DNA of 55,597 bases from Dehalococcoidia bacterium. Its GTDB lineage: Bacteria; Chloroflexota; Dehalococcoidia; SZUA-161. Below the pieces are notes generated by a model. It was given only the letters and a program-made list of their open reading frames with translations. It had not been told where the DNA came from and made no database searches. The DNA lies in assembly GCA_011174795.1 (NCBI GenBank), contig DUEY01000015.1, positions 1-55,597 on the forward strand, in the 5' to 3' direction. Shown here one piece after another: positions 1-10,700 of the stretch. Position 1 is the stretch's first letter. Each line of letters starts with the position of its first letter. A program made the translations under genes and the position numbers.

Positions 1-330
1 AAAGCCAAGGTGGAGCGGGTGCTTCCCGATGGCTATGAGGCGGTCGAGGTATCGCTGCCCGCTGTGATAACGGTGAGCAACGAGCTCGGCGAGCCCCGGT
101 ACGCTACCCTGAAGGGGATTATGGCTGCCGCCAAGAAGACAGTTCCCGTCTGGAGTGCGGGGGATATCGGTGCCGATGCCTCCAGGCTCGGCAAGACCGG
201 CGCGAAGACTAAGATGCTCAAGCTGTTCATCCCGGTTCGAGAGGCGAAGTGCGAAATTATCGAAGGCGAGAACGAGGAGGAGATGGCGGTAAAACTGGCT
301 CTCAAGCTCAGGGAGTTGAAGCTGATCTAA
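1..330 (+). CDS. etfB: Electron transfer flavoprotein beta subunit, C-terminal part (5'-truncated by window)
   Basis: Frame is open from position 1; VERVLPDGYEAVEVSLPAVITVSNELGEPRYATLKGIMAA is typical EtfB/FixA C-terminal sequence; directly upstream of etfA. Confidence 0.92.
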   Translation, partial: KAKVERVLPDGYEAVEVSLPAVITVSNELGEPRYATLKGIMAAAKKTVPVWSAGDIGADASRLGKTGAKTKMLKLFIPVREAKCEIIEGENEEEMAVKLALKLRELKLI

Positions 331-364
331 GTCAATATCTGATGATGATTAGGAGGTAAACCAG

Positions 365-1366
365 ATGGCTGATAACAAAGGGGTTATGATTTGCGGTGAG
401 GTGGTCGAAGGCAAGCTGGCTGTGATAACCACCGAGCTGCTCGGAGTGGGCAGAAAGCTCGCCGATACCCTCGGCGAGGAGTTGTCGGCGGTGCTAATCG
501 GGGAGAAGGTCAGCGATGTTGCCGAAGAGGCAATCCGCTTTGGTGCGGACAAGGTTTACGTTATCGAAGGCCTTGTGTTCAAGAATTATGTTACTGATTC
601 GTATGTGGCGGCGATGGAGAAGCTCTGCCAGCAGGTCTCGCCCAACATACTGCTCATGGGCCAGACAGCCATGGGGCGTGACCTCGGTCCGAGGCTGGCG
701 TTCAGGCTGGGCACCGGGCTGACGACCGACTGTCTCGAGCTTGCCATCGACACCGATACGAAGCTGATGCTTCAGACCAAGCCGGTATACGGCGGAAATG
801 CGGTCTCTATTGTCGTCTGTGAAGGGACGCGACCTCAGATGGCGACCGTCAGGCCGAAGTCACAGGAGCCACTGGAGCGCAGTGAGTCCCGTAAGGGTGA
901 GGTCGTCCCGTTCGACGCTGGTATAGATGAGTCTGCGGTGAAGGTGAAATGGCTGGAGAAGGTCAAGGAAGAGGTTGAAGGCGTGAAACTCGAGGATGCT
1001 GAGGTAGTGGTGTGTGGCGGCAGGGGTATGGGCGGTCCCGAGGCATTCGGACAGCTCGAGGAGCTGGCAAAGATGCTGGGTGGAGCCGTGGGAGCGACAA
1101 GGCCGCCATGCGACTCGGGATGGCTGCCGGCAACCTCTCAGGTGGGGCTCACCGGCAAGCTGGTTACGCCTACCCTCTACATCGGTATTGCACTATCGGG
1201 CGCCAGCCAGCATCTGGCGGGTTGTTCGGGCTCGAAGAATATGGTGGCGATAAATAAGGACTCCGAAGCCAACATATTCGGGGTCTGCCAGTACGGGGTG
1301 GTCGGAGATTATAAGAAGGTGCTGCCCCCGTTCATAGCGAAGGTCAAAGAGCTTCTTGCCGGTTAA
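365..1366 (+). CDS. etfA: Electron transfer flavoprotein alpha subunit
   Basis: AGGAGG SD; FAD-binding motifs [34 protein letters not shown]. Confidence 0.95.
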   Translation: MADNKGVMICGEVVEGKLAVITTELLGVGRKLADTLGEELSAVLIGEKVSDVAEEAIRFGADKVYVIEGLVFKNYVTDSYVAAMEKLCQQVSPNILLMGQTAMGRDLGPRLAFRLGTGLTTDCLELAIDTDTKLMLQTKPVYGGNAVSIVVCEGTRPQMATVRPKSQEPLERSESRKGEVVPFDAGIDESAVKVKWLEKVKEEVEGVKLEDAEVVVCGGRGMGGPEAFGQLEELAKMLGGAVGATRPPCDSGWLPATSQVGLTGKLVTPTLYIGIALSGASQHLAGCSGSKNMVAINKDSEANIFGVCQYGVVGDYKKVLPPFIAKVKELLAG

Positions 1367-1435
1367 GGTCAAGAGCTTTCCGTGAAGTGCGGAGCAAAAC
1401 GACTCTGCGGGGCTGCTACCAATAGACAGAGATAA

Positions 1436-1924
1436 TCAGCCTCGCAGAGTTCTTATCTTGTGGCGGGTGTGTGTTCCCTTACGCGTGGAGGTGACCTCCG
1501 CGATGTCGACATCAGCTACGTCGGCCGATGTCGTAAGATATTTTTGAGCAATCCTGCCTATGGGTTGGGCGATGACTACTGCCGCCAGCGTTGCTAGAAG
1601 TACGTTGGGCAAGCGGTTTGCTTCCTTCTCTCCTCTCATTGCCAGCATGGATGCCAGCCCTGCGAGGATTGCAGCTACGGCAAGGTTGGTGCCGCAGAAG
1701 GGGGATACCGCCAGGTTACCCTCTCCCTGCTTCAATCTGCCCAGAGCCTCTTCAGCAGCTTCCGACACCGCCTCATGAGGAGCGTCCCCGTAGATATAGA
1801 ACCCGTCTGCGGTAGACCGGCCCATCAGCCTAGCTCCCGGCCTGAGCTTGCGCATCAGCACGGATACGGTGGCATGCTCGAGGGCGTGGTTTTTACGTAT
1901 GGTGGTGATGAAGTCCAGTATCAT
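1436..1924 (-). CDS. Conserved hypothetical membrane-associated protein (DUF6391-like)
   Basis: IRKNHALEHAT N-terminal motif, SPFCGTN and two hydrophobic segments; family recalled from memory. Confidence 0.65.
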   Translation of the reverse strand: MILDFITTIRKNHALEHATVSVLMRKLRPGARLMGRSTADGFYIYGDAPHEAVSEAAEEALGRLKQGEGNLAVSPFCGTNLAVAAILAGLASMLAMRGEKEANRLPNVLLATLAAVVIAQPIGRIAQKYLTTSADVADVDIAEVTSTRKGTHTRHKIRTLRG

Positions 1925-1999
1925 GGCTTGCCCCTCTATTTAGTAGTCTTGAACCCCGGCGGATTGAATCATAGTCTATAGAAGACAGCCCCTCAGTCG

Positions 2000-2461
2000 C
2001 TAGTCGAAGAACGCGTAGTCCAGTAAGACAGCGGCAGATGTAACGATCACTCCGGCGATTAATACCCCGATTATGATAGAGATAAAGGCGCGCCAGAAGC
2101 TCATCCCCAGAAGGAAAGCGACGATGGAGCCGGTCCAGGCGCCGGTCACGGGCAGGGGGATTGCTACGAAGATGGTCAACCCGATTCTTTCATACCGTTC
2201 TACAATTCTTCCCCTCCGCCTTGATAGACGGAATATCCAGTTAATGATTCTCTCGAACAACTTCACTCTGCTTAAAAACTTTGAGACTGGTTCGAGAAAC
2301 AGCAGGAGAAAAGGAACGGGCAGCAGGTTTCCCGCGACTGCTACAACGAAAACAATGGGCCACGAGATGTTAGCGTTGATACCGAGCGGTATAGCTCCAC
2401 GCAGTTCGGATATCGGGGCGGCGGCGGTGAAAAAAACCTTGAAGAATTCATCTGCTTCCAT
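2000..2461 (-). CDS. Small multidrug export family membrane protein (COG2426-like)
   Basis: PISELRGAIPLG and FVAIPLPVTGAWTG motifs; about 4 TM segments. Confidence 0.85.
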   Translation of the reverse strand: MEADEFFKVFFTAAAPISELRGAIPLGINANISWPIVFVVAVAGNLLPVPFLLLFLEPVSKFLSRVKLFERIINWIFRLSRRRGRIVERYERIGLTIFVAIPLPVTGAWTGSIVAFLLGMSFWRAFISIIIGVLIAGVIVTSAAVLLDYAFFD

Positions 2462-2492
2462 GTGCGTTTTTCGCTATTAACTAACCTTGCGC

Positions 2493-2521
2493 AGTCTAAC
2501 AAGTCGGGGTTGCGCTGTCAA
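2493..2521 (-). promoter_or_regulatory. Putative sigma70-type promoter TTGACA-N17-TAGACT
   Basis: Exact -35 hexamer, 17-nt spacer, about 30 nt upstream of the 2461 start. Confidence 0.6.
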
Positions 2522-2592
2522 GCTGAAACCGATGCATTTGAATTTCGGTGCAGATACAACTGTGCTATAATAACCCGACAGGGCAAATACCT

Positions 2593-3288
2593 ATGCTCCT
2601 TCGCAATTTCGGCTTGCTGAGAGATGACCCGGCGGCGTTCTTTTTACTCGTAGCCATCATCTGTATAGCTTTGCTGGTTGCGGTAACGATTCATGAATTC
2701 GGTCATGCCCTGGTAGCGAACTGGCTGGGCGATTCCACGGCGAAGAAGCTGGGCAGGCTCACACTGAATCCTATCAAACACCTCGATCCTATGGGGACAC
2801 TGATGATTTTCCTGGTGGGATTCGGCTGGGGCAAACCGGTACCGGTGAACTACGAGCTTTTAAGGGGCAACCCCAGGAGAAGCATGGCTATGGTGGCGGT
2901 GGCGGGGGCTGTGTTCAATCTTATCTTGGCTGCCATATTCGGGGCGCTGATAAGAGCGGGGGCGGTGACATGGCAGTCACCGGGCAGGCTATATCCGGAG
3001 GATCTGGCGTTAGGCTCGATTGCTGCTATACTAGTAGGGTTCATTATCGTATTTAACATAATACTGGCTGTGTTCAATCTCATTCCGATTTCTCCTCTGG
3101 ACGGGTTCAAGGTCGCGGTTGGCGTTCTGCCGAGGCGTCAGGCTTATGCCCTGGCACGGATGGAGAGGTACGGTTCGGTATTCTTGCTGTTGTTTGTTTT
3201 TCTGCTCCTTTTTACAGGAGCACTGTGGGCGGTCTTGATGTGGCCGGTGGATGGGTTCATCAACCTTTTTACCGGAGAGGGATACTAA
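2593..3288 (+). CDS. Site-2 protease family (M50) intramembrane zinc metalloprotease
   Basis: HEFGH zinc motif and NLIPISPLDG motif; ATG 2593 preferred because a TATAAT lies within the longer ORF 5' end. Confidence 0.9.
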   Translation: MLLRNFGLLRDDPAAFFLLVAIICIALLVAVTIHEFGHALVANWLGDSTAKKLGRLTLNPIKHLDPMGTLMIFLVGFGWGKPVPVNYELLRGNPRRSMAMVAVAGAVFNLILAAIFGALIRAGAVTWQSPGRLYPEDLALGSIAAILVGFIIVFNIILAVFNLIPISPLDGFKVAVGVLPRRQAYALARMERYGSVFLLLFVFLLLFTGALWAVLMWPVDGFINLFTGEGY

Positions 3289-3303
3289 GATGAGGAGTGC
3301 CTG

Positions 3304-4167
3304 TTGGAACGAGTAGCGATAATAGGGCTGGGCCTTATAGGCGGGTCGCTGGCGCTGGCGTTGAAGGAGTTGTCAGCTGTGGAGGCGGAGATCGTGGGAT
3401 TCAGCCGTCGCCCAGAGACGGTATCCAGGGCTGAGAAGCGCGGGATTATAGATCGATCCGCAAGCAACCTCAAAGCAGCTGTGGACGGTGCGGACCTAGT
3501 AGTGATATCGACCCCTGTGATAACCATCGAAGAGGTATTGAAAAAGATATCCGCCCACCTGTCACCCGGCTGTGTAGTAACCGACACCGGCAGCACCAAG
3601 GCAAAGGTTATGGGGTGGGCTGAAGAGTATCTGCCAGGTAATGTCAACTTTGTCGGGGGACATCCCATGGCGGGTAAAGAGACCTCGGGTTTGAACGAGG
3701 CTACCGCCGACCTCTTCAGGGGCTGTGTCTATTGTCTTACGCCCGCTGCGGGCGCAGCCAGCGAAGCCGTACAGGAAGTGGAGAAGCTGGTAACGTCGAT
3801 AGGAGCCAGGCCGTTTATAATCGATGCTGGGGCACATGACAGGCTGGTTGCTGGAGTCAGCCACCTGCCAATGCTGCTCTCGGCGGCATTTGTTTCCGCC
3901 ACGATACAAAGCCCCTTATGGCCGGAGATGGCCGAGCTTGCGGCAGGAGGCTACCGTGACCTCTCCCGCCTGGCTGCGGGGAACCCGGAGATGAACCGGG
4001 ATATTTGTATAACCAACCGTGATGATATAGTCAAATGGATAGACCGTTTCATCGAGGAGTTGCAGAGGTATAGCCAGATGATTCAGGGGGGGGGAGGGGA
4101 ACTCAAAGATGCGCTTGGCCGTGCCCGCGAGGCGAGGGAGCGGTGGATGGAGGGGGAGTGTCGATGA
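3304..4167 (+). CDS. tyrA: Prephenate/arogenate dehydrogenase
   Basis: GLGLIGGS Rossmann motif, DTGSTK, GGHPMAGKE, HD..VAGVSHLP; TTG start with GAGGAG SD. Confidence 0.93.
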   Translation: MERVAIIGLGLIGGSLALALKELSAVEAEIVGFSRRPETVSRAEKRGIIDRSASNLKAAVDGADLVVISTPVITIEEVLKKISAHLSPGCVVTDTGSTKAKVMGWAEEYLPGNVNFVGGHPMAGKETSGLNEATADLFRGCVYCLTPAAGAASEAVQEVEKLVTSIGARPFIIDAGAHDRLVAGVSHLPMLLSAAFVSATIQSPLWPEMAELAAGGYRDLSRLAAGNPEMNRDICITNRDDIVKWIDRFIEELQRYSQMIQGGGGELKDALGRAREARERWMEGECR

Positions 4168-5450
4168 GGCAGAGGGTTCAGACCGCCAGCGCTTTACAGG
4201 GCGAGGTTCATATCCCCGGCGATAAGTCCATATCTCACCGCGCTGTTATCCTCAACAGTATAGCACAGGGCGATGCTAGGGTCAGCAATTTCTCTCAGTC
4301 CGATGACTGTTTCAGCACGGTTACCTGTATGCGGGCTCTGGGAGTAGGGATAGAGACCGGAGATGGTGACGAGCTGGACATACATGGAGTGGGGAAGAAT
4401 GGCTTGACAGAGGCTGGGGGGGCACTCGATGCCGGGAACAGCGGAACGACCATGCGCATCCTGGCAGGCCTGCTCGCGGCCCAGCCTTTTCCCTCGGTAA
4501 TCACCGGCGATGAGTCGCTGCGATCCCGTCCCATGGACCGTGTGATTCAGCCGCTCAGGCTCATGGGGGCCCAGATTTCAGGTCAAATAGATGACTCACG
4601 GGCGCCGCTAGAGATACAAGGGGGAAAGCTGCGCGGGATTCGATACCGGCTTCCTGTTGCCAGCGCTCAAATCAAGTCCGCGCTCCTACTTGCCGGGCTC
4701 TATGCGCAGGGACATACTGTCATAGAGGAACCGGTGCCGTGCCGCGACCATACCGAGAGAATGCTCAAGGAGATGGGAGCGGGGATCGAGGTCGACGGGG
4801 ATACTATACACCTTTCCCCAGGCAGCTTGAAAGCCGTGGATTTGCTCATACCCGGGGACATCAGTGCTGCCGCTTTCTGGCTTGTTGCCGGCGCCATTCA
4901 TCCCCAAGCCAGCATCAGGCTGCCGAACGCAGGTATCAATCCGACAAGGAGCGGTATCCTCGATGTGCTGCTCTCGATGGGTGCTGATATAGCGGTGGGG
5001 AACGAGCATGTGTTACATGGCGAGCCTGTGGCTGACCTGGAAGTGCAATCGAGTTCACTGAGAGGCACGGAGATCGGTGGGGAACTCATCCCCAGGGTAA
5101 TCGACGAGATTCCGCTTATTGCCCTGGCAGCCTGTGCGGCGAATGGCAGAACGGTTATCAGAGATGCTCAGGAGCTTCGGGTGAAGGAGACAGACAGGAT
5201 AAGTGCCACGGCGAAGGAGCTCTCGAAGATGGGAGCTGATGTAGAGGAGCTTCCCGACGGCATGGTCATTCATGGCGGAAGGAAGCTGAGCGGTGCTGGA
5301 TGCGATAGCCATGGCGACCATCGTTTGGCCATGATGCTCGGGGTGGCGGCTCTCATCGCCGACGGGAAGTCAGAGATTGACAATGCGGAGGCAGCAAGTA
5401 TATCATATCCCACATTCTGGCAGGATTTAGGGCGTCTGAGCGCGGGCTGA
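4164..5450 (+). CDS. aroA: 3-phosphoshikimate 1-carboxyvinyltransferase (EPSP synthase)
   Basis: PGDKSISHRA, GNSGTTMR, SAQIKSA, RDHTERML, RVKETDRI, DHRLAM; ATGA overlap with tyrA stop. Confidence 0.97.
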   Translation: MRQRVQTASALQGEVHIPGDKSISHRAVILNSIAQGDARVSNFSQSDDCFSTVTCMRALGVGIETGDGDELDIHGVGKNGLTEAGGALDAGNSGTTMRILAGLLAAQPFPSVITGDESLRSRPMDRVIQPLRLMGAQISGQIDDSRAPLEIQGGKLRGIRYRLPVASAQIKSALLLAGLYAQGHTVIEEPVPCRDHTERMLKEMGAGIEVDGDTIHLSPGSLKAVDLLIPGDISAAAFWLVAGAIHPQASIRLPNAGINPTRSGILDVLLSMGADIAVGNEHVLHGEPVADLEVQSSSLRGTEIGGELIPRVIDEIPLIALAACAANGRTVIRDAQELRVKETDRISATAKELSKMGADVEELPDGMVIHGGRKLSGAGCDSHGDHRLAMMLGVAALIADGKSEIDNAEAASISYPTFWQDLGRLSAG

Positions 5451-5477
5451 TAACTAGTATTGATGCGGGAGAGTTTT

Positions 5478-5744
5478 ATGAGCACAGAGCTGGTTCATGT
5501 CGGATTCGGCAACATCGTGGCTATAGATAAGGTTATAGCAATCGTATCGCCAGCGTCGGCGCCGGTGAAGCGCATGCTGCAAGCGGCAAAAGGCAAAGGG
5601 CTTCTCGTAGACCTGACAAGCGGCAGAAGAACCAAGGCGGCGCTGGTTATGGAGAGCGGGCATATCATACTGGTGGCCATTGCAGCGGAGACCATCGCTG
5701 GCAGGGTGGCGGCAAGCCGCGGTGTTGAATTTAAATCGGAGTGA
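5478..5744 (+). CDS. remA: DUF370 / RemA-family regulatory protein
   Basis: LVHVGFGNIV...DLTSGRRTKA...HIIL motifs; conserved position upstream of gmk. Confidence 0.88.
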   Translation: MSTELVHVGFGNIVAIDKVIAIVSPASAPVKRMLQAAKGKGLLVDLTSGRRTKAALVMESGHIILVAIAAETIAGRVAASRGVEFKSE

Positions 5745-5751
5745 GGTTAGG

Positions 5752-6369
5752 GTGAACGCGGGAGACACAGGTTTTCAAGCAACCCCACTACTCTTCGTTA
5801 TCTCTGGGCCATCGGGAGTGGGCAAGGACGCCGTCATAGCCGGCTTGAAGGGGTTAGGCCACCCCCTTTACTTCGCTGTAACGGCGACAACACGGCCTAT
5901 GCGGCAGGGCGAGGCTGAAGGTAAGGACTACCATTTCGTTACCCGGTCCGAGTTCGAGCGGATGATAGCGGGTGGCGAACTTCTGGAATATGCTGATGTC
6001 TACGGTCATTTCTACGGGGTACCGAAACGTGAGTTAAAGCAGGGTTTGGATCGTGGGCAGGACGTGGTGGTCAAAGTGGATGTCCAGGGGGCGGCTACCA
6101 TCAGGAAAATGCTGCCCGAAGCTGTGTTCCTATTCGTTGCCCCGCCCTCGATGAAGGATTTGGAGGGGCGGCTGAAGCGGCGCAAGACGGAAGCAGGCGT
6201 TGACCTGGAGTTCAGGGTGAAGGCTGCTCAGGAAGAGATGAACAGTCTACCCATGTTCGATTACGTGGTGGTCAATCACGAAGGCAAGGTGGGACTGGCG
6301 GTCTCTCAGATTGAGTCTATCATCACCGCCGAGAAATGTCGGGTCAAGGCAAGAACTATTGAGATCTAG
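5752..6369 (+). CDS. gmk: Guanylate kinase
   Basis: ISGPSGVGKD P-loop, TTRPMRQGE..GKDYHF, YG.FYG; start approximate. Confidence 0.95.
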   Translation: MNAGDTGFQATPLLFVISGPSGVGKDAVIAGLKGLGHPLYFAVTATTRPMRQGEAEGKDYHFVTRSEFERMIAGGELLEYADVYGHFYGVPKRELKQGLDRGQDVVVKVDVQGAATIRKMLPEAVFLFVAPPSMKDLEGRLKRRKTEAGVDLEFRVKAAQEEMNSLPMFDYVVVNHEGKVGLAVSQIESIITAEKCRVKARTIEI

Positions 6370-6445
6370 AGAGCCTTCGCGAAAAAGCGAACTGAAGGAA
6401 ATCAGCCACCGTAAGCCAGGGGATGTCAGTCTTCGCCGCCCCCCG

Positions 6446-7870
6446 GTGGGGACGGGGCGTCTTCGCCGGGTGTTAGGTGTACCAGCCCTCTACAGCGCCG
6501 GCTACGGCAATGTTGGCTCCTCTATCTACTATGCACTGGGCGTCGTTGTCCTGGTTGCCATGGGGGCAACACCGATAGCCCTTTTCGCAGCCGGTCTTCT
6601 CTTTATATGCACCGCCCTTACGTATTCGGAAGGTGCCACGATGTTCCCTGAGGCGGGAGGGTCGGCGAGTTTCGCCCGCCATGGATTTAACCAGCATGTA
6701 GGCTTCATCGCAGGATGGGCGCTGCTGCTGAGCTATATCGTGACCATCTCGATCTCCGCTTACACCATTTCTCCCTATCTCGGCTATTTCTGGGAGCCTC
6801 TAAAGACCGAACCATGGCTGGGCACTGCGCTCTCTATGGGCATTGTCGTGTTCCTGATATGCCTTAACGTCATCGGTGTCAGGGAGACCGCATTTGTCAA
6901 TATCGGGGCGGCGATAATCGATGTGGCAACTCAGGCTTTGCTGGTGATAATAGGTCTGGTATTCCTATTGAGCCCGGGGATTGTTGAGTTCAGCTTCAGC
7001 CAGCTAGCGGACAACATGTTCGGCAGTGGTAACTGGCCGACGGTGACCAATCTTGTCTTTGGCATTGCTCTGGCAGCGCTGGCTTATACCGGCGTGGAGA
7101 CGGTTTCCCAGATGTCAGAGGAAACACGCCTTCCCCATATCCGTGTGCCGCGGGCGATGATTATGATGATGTTCACCGTGCTGATCATGTTTTCAGGTAT
7201 CTCCATAGTGGGCCTTTCCGCGATGACCCCACAGGAGATGGCAACTGATTGGGCACGTGACCCGGTAGCCGGTATCGCCAATGCCTTCCCATTTGCGGGG
7301 CTGAAAGCGGTATTTGAACCGCTGGTGGCGATACTGGCGGCTACCATTTTGCTCATTGCCACTAACGCTGGCATTATGGGAATATCCCGGCTCGCTTTCT
7401 CACTAGGGCACTATCAACAGCTGCCTGCCGCCTTCCATAAAGTGCATCCACGCTTCAGGACGCCTTACATCTCCATCGTCGTGTTCGGCGTAGTAGCCCT
7501 GCTCATTCTCGTCCCGGGTCTGTTCCGTGAGGATATAACCGAGATATTCAGCAATCTGGGTGGTCTCTATACCTTTGGCTCTCTCCTTGCGTTTGCCTTC
7601 GCACATGCATCTATCATAGCCTTGAGGATAAAAAAGCCGGAGTTAGAGCGTCCATTTAAGCTGCGCGGCAACATAAAAATTAAGGGGCGTGAACTGCCGA
7701 TAACTGCTATCATTGGACTCGTCGCCACAGTTGCGATATGGCTGGTGATACTCGTTGTCCAGGACTATAGCCGGTGGGTGGGTATTGGCTGGATGGCTGT
7801 TGGCCTGGCGGGGTATATGATATTACGCTGGTACGGCCGCAGGCGCAGCAGATTGGGCTTGGTGGAATAG
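6446..7870 (+). CDS. APC family amino acid/polyamine permease
   Basis: LRRVLG...GNVGSSIY TM1 motif, GGS, YTGVE...SEE, about 12 TM segments; start codon uncertain (see findings). Confidence 0.88.
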   Translation: MGTGRLRRVLGVPALYSAGYGNVGSSIYYALGVVVLVAMGATPIALFAAGLLFICTALTYSEGATMFPEAGGSASFARHGFNQHVGFIAGWALLLSYIVTISISAYTISPYLGYFWEPLKTEPWLGTALSMGIVVFLICLNVIGVRETAFVNIGAAIIDVATQALLVIIGLVFLLSPGIVEFSFSQLADNMFGSGNWPTVTNLVFGIALAALAYTGVETVSQMSEETRLPHIRVPRAMIMMMFTVLIMFSGISIVGLSAMTPQEMATDWARDPVAGIANAFPFAGLKAVFEPLVAILAATILLIATNAGIMGISRLAFSLGHYQQLPAAFHKVHPRFRTPYISIVVFGVVALLILVPGLFREDITEIFSNLGGLYTFGSLLAFAFAHASIIALRIKKPELERPFKLRGNIKIKGRELPITAIIGLVATVAIWLVILVVQDYSRWVGIGWMAVGLAGYMILRWYGRRRSRLGLVE

Positions 7871-7900
7871 CGTCGCTACTACTATGGCAACGAATCCGCA

Positions 7901-7920
7901 GTTGGAGCAGGTGCTCCAAC
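7901..7920. terminator. Hairpin between convergent APC permease and atpC (possible terminator)
   Basis: GTTGGAGC-AGGT-GCTCCAAC perfect 8-bp stem; no strong U-tract. Confidence 0.5.
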
Positions 7921-7936
7921 CTACCCCTTTGGATAT

Positions 7937-8359
7937 CTACGTCTGTATTCTCCTCTTTCGGCCTTTCTGGGCTACCTTGAGCCGTACCAGTGAGCGCAAC
8001 AATGCCGCTTGAGCGCGCGCGTGGTCTACTTGGTCGGGAGGCAGGGCCATTCGCCGCTCGGCACGCCGCCTTGCCTCTTCGGCGCGTTCGGTATCGATCT
8101 CCTCCGCTCGCTCTGCGGTGTCCGCCAGTACCGTCACCTTGTTTCCCTGTACCTCAAGATACCCGCCGCTGACGAAAATTGATTGCTCCTCGCCATCTTT
8201 CCTCACCATGAGTTCGCCGGGCTGAAGCATGGTCATCAGGGGCGCATGCTGTGGCAGTATACCGAGCTGGCCCTCGATGCCCGGGGCTGCCACGACATCG
8301 ACATCGTCGGTATAAACTATTCGCTCAGCGGTCACGATCTCAAATGTTACTTTCGGCAT
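7937..8359 (-). CDS. atpC: F1Fo ATP synthase epsilon subunit
   Basis: EIVTAER...PGIEGQLGILPQHAPL; last gene of atp operon. Confidence 0.96.
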   Translation of the reverse strand: MPKVTFEIVTAERIVYTDDVDVVAAPGIEGQLGILPQHAPLMTMLQPGELMVRKDGEEQSIFVSGGYLEVQGNKVTVLADTAERAEEIDTERAEEARRRAERRMALPPDQVDHARAQAALLRSLVRLKVAQKGRKRRIQT

Positions 8360-8368
8360 CGCCGTCCT

Positions 8369-9766
<1,398 letters not shown>

Positions 9767-9845
9767 CTATGATGTTCTAGTCGTTCTAAGCGTTTTTTAC
9801 TGCGTTCGTTTTCAACGCTGTAAAAGTCTCCAACGTCTCACATCC

Positions 9846-10700
9846 CTAAACCGGCGTCACCCCTCCGGCAATATCGAGGAGTTCCTTGGTAATCAACTCC
9901 TGGCGCGCCTTGTTAAGCATGAGGGTGAGCTCCTCGATCATATCGTTGGCGTTGTCAGTTGCATTGCGCATGGCAACCATCCTGGCTGATTGTTCGCTGG
10001 CGATTGATTCTAGAATAGCGTGATAAACTTGCATCTCGACATAGCGGGGAAGGAGTTGCTGTAAAACCACCGTAGCTGAGGGCTCGTAGATATATTCCAG
10101 GTGCTCCGTGCGCTCCAGCTGAGCTGGCTCGATGGGCAGAAGCTCGCGGAGCACGGGCTGCTGGTTCACGGTGGTGATGAACCTGGTATAAGCCAGGTAG
10201 ACTTGGTCTATCGTTCCATTCATATAGTCGTCGATGACCACGCGTGATATGGGGAGGGTGTCGAGCAGGGAGGGACGGTCTCCCAGGTTTGTGAACTCGG
10301 CCAGCATCTCCTCGCAGTATCTTGACATGAATGAGACCCCTCTCCGTCCCACAGCGACTGCTGTCACAGGCACACTCTGCCCAGAGATGAAGTTGGCTGT
10401 CATGCGGTTGATATTAGCATTCATGCCGCCACACAGGCCGCGGTCGGCGGCGATATGAACGACGGCGATGCGTTTGACCTCCCTGCGCTGAAGCAGCGGG
10501 TGAGGCTCCTCGCCTGCCTGGGTCTGGGCAGCGAGGTGGGCTACCACCTCCTGCATCTTCTCGGCATAGGGGCGTCCTGCCACAACGCGGAGCTGCGCCT
10601 GCCTCATCTTGGAGGCGGCTATCATCTCCATGGCTCTGGTTACCTTAGCAGTACTCTGTATGGAGCGGATACGGCGGCGAATAACGCGAATAGGGATCAT
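9846..10700 (-). CDS. atpG: F1Fo ATP synthase gamma subunit
   Basis: RRIRSIQSTAKVTRAMEMIAASK, DRGLCG, ARMVAMRNATDNA, RQELIT. Confidence 0.98.
   Translation of the reverse strand: MIPIRVIRRRIRSIQSTAKVTRAMEMIAASKMRQAQLRVVAGRPYAEKMQEVVAHLAAQTQAGEEPHPLLQRREVKRIAVVHIAADRGLCGGMNANINRMTANFISGQSVPVTAVAVGRRGVSFMSRYCEEMLAEFTNLGDRPSLLDTLPISRVVIDDYMNGTIDQVYLAYTRFITTVNQQPVLRELLPIEPAQLERTEHLEYIYEPSATVVLQQLLPRYVEMQVYHAILESIASEQSARMVAMRNATDNANDMIEELTLMLNKARQELITKELLDIAGGVTPV

Noticed and set aside
9770-9845. Hairpin and GTTCTA direct repeat between atpG and atpD
   Set aside because: Short and imperfect; ordinary intercistronic structure
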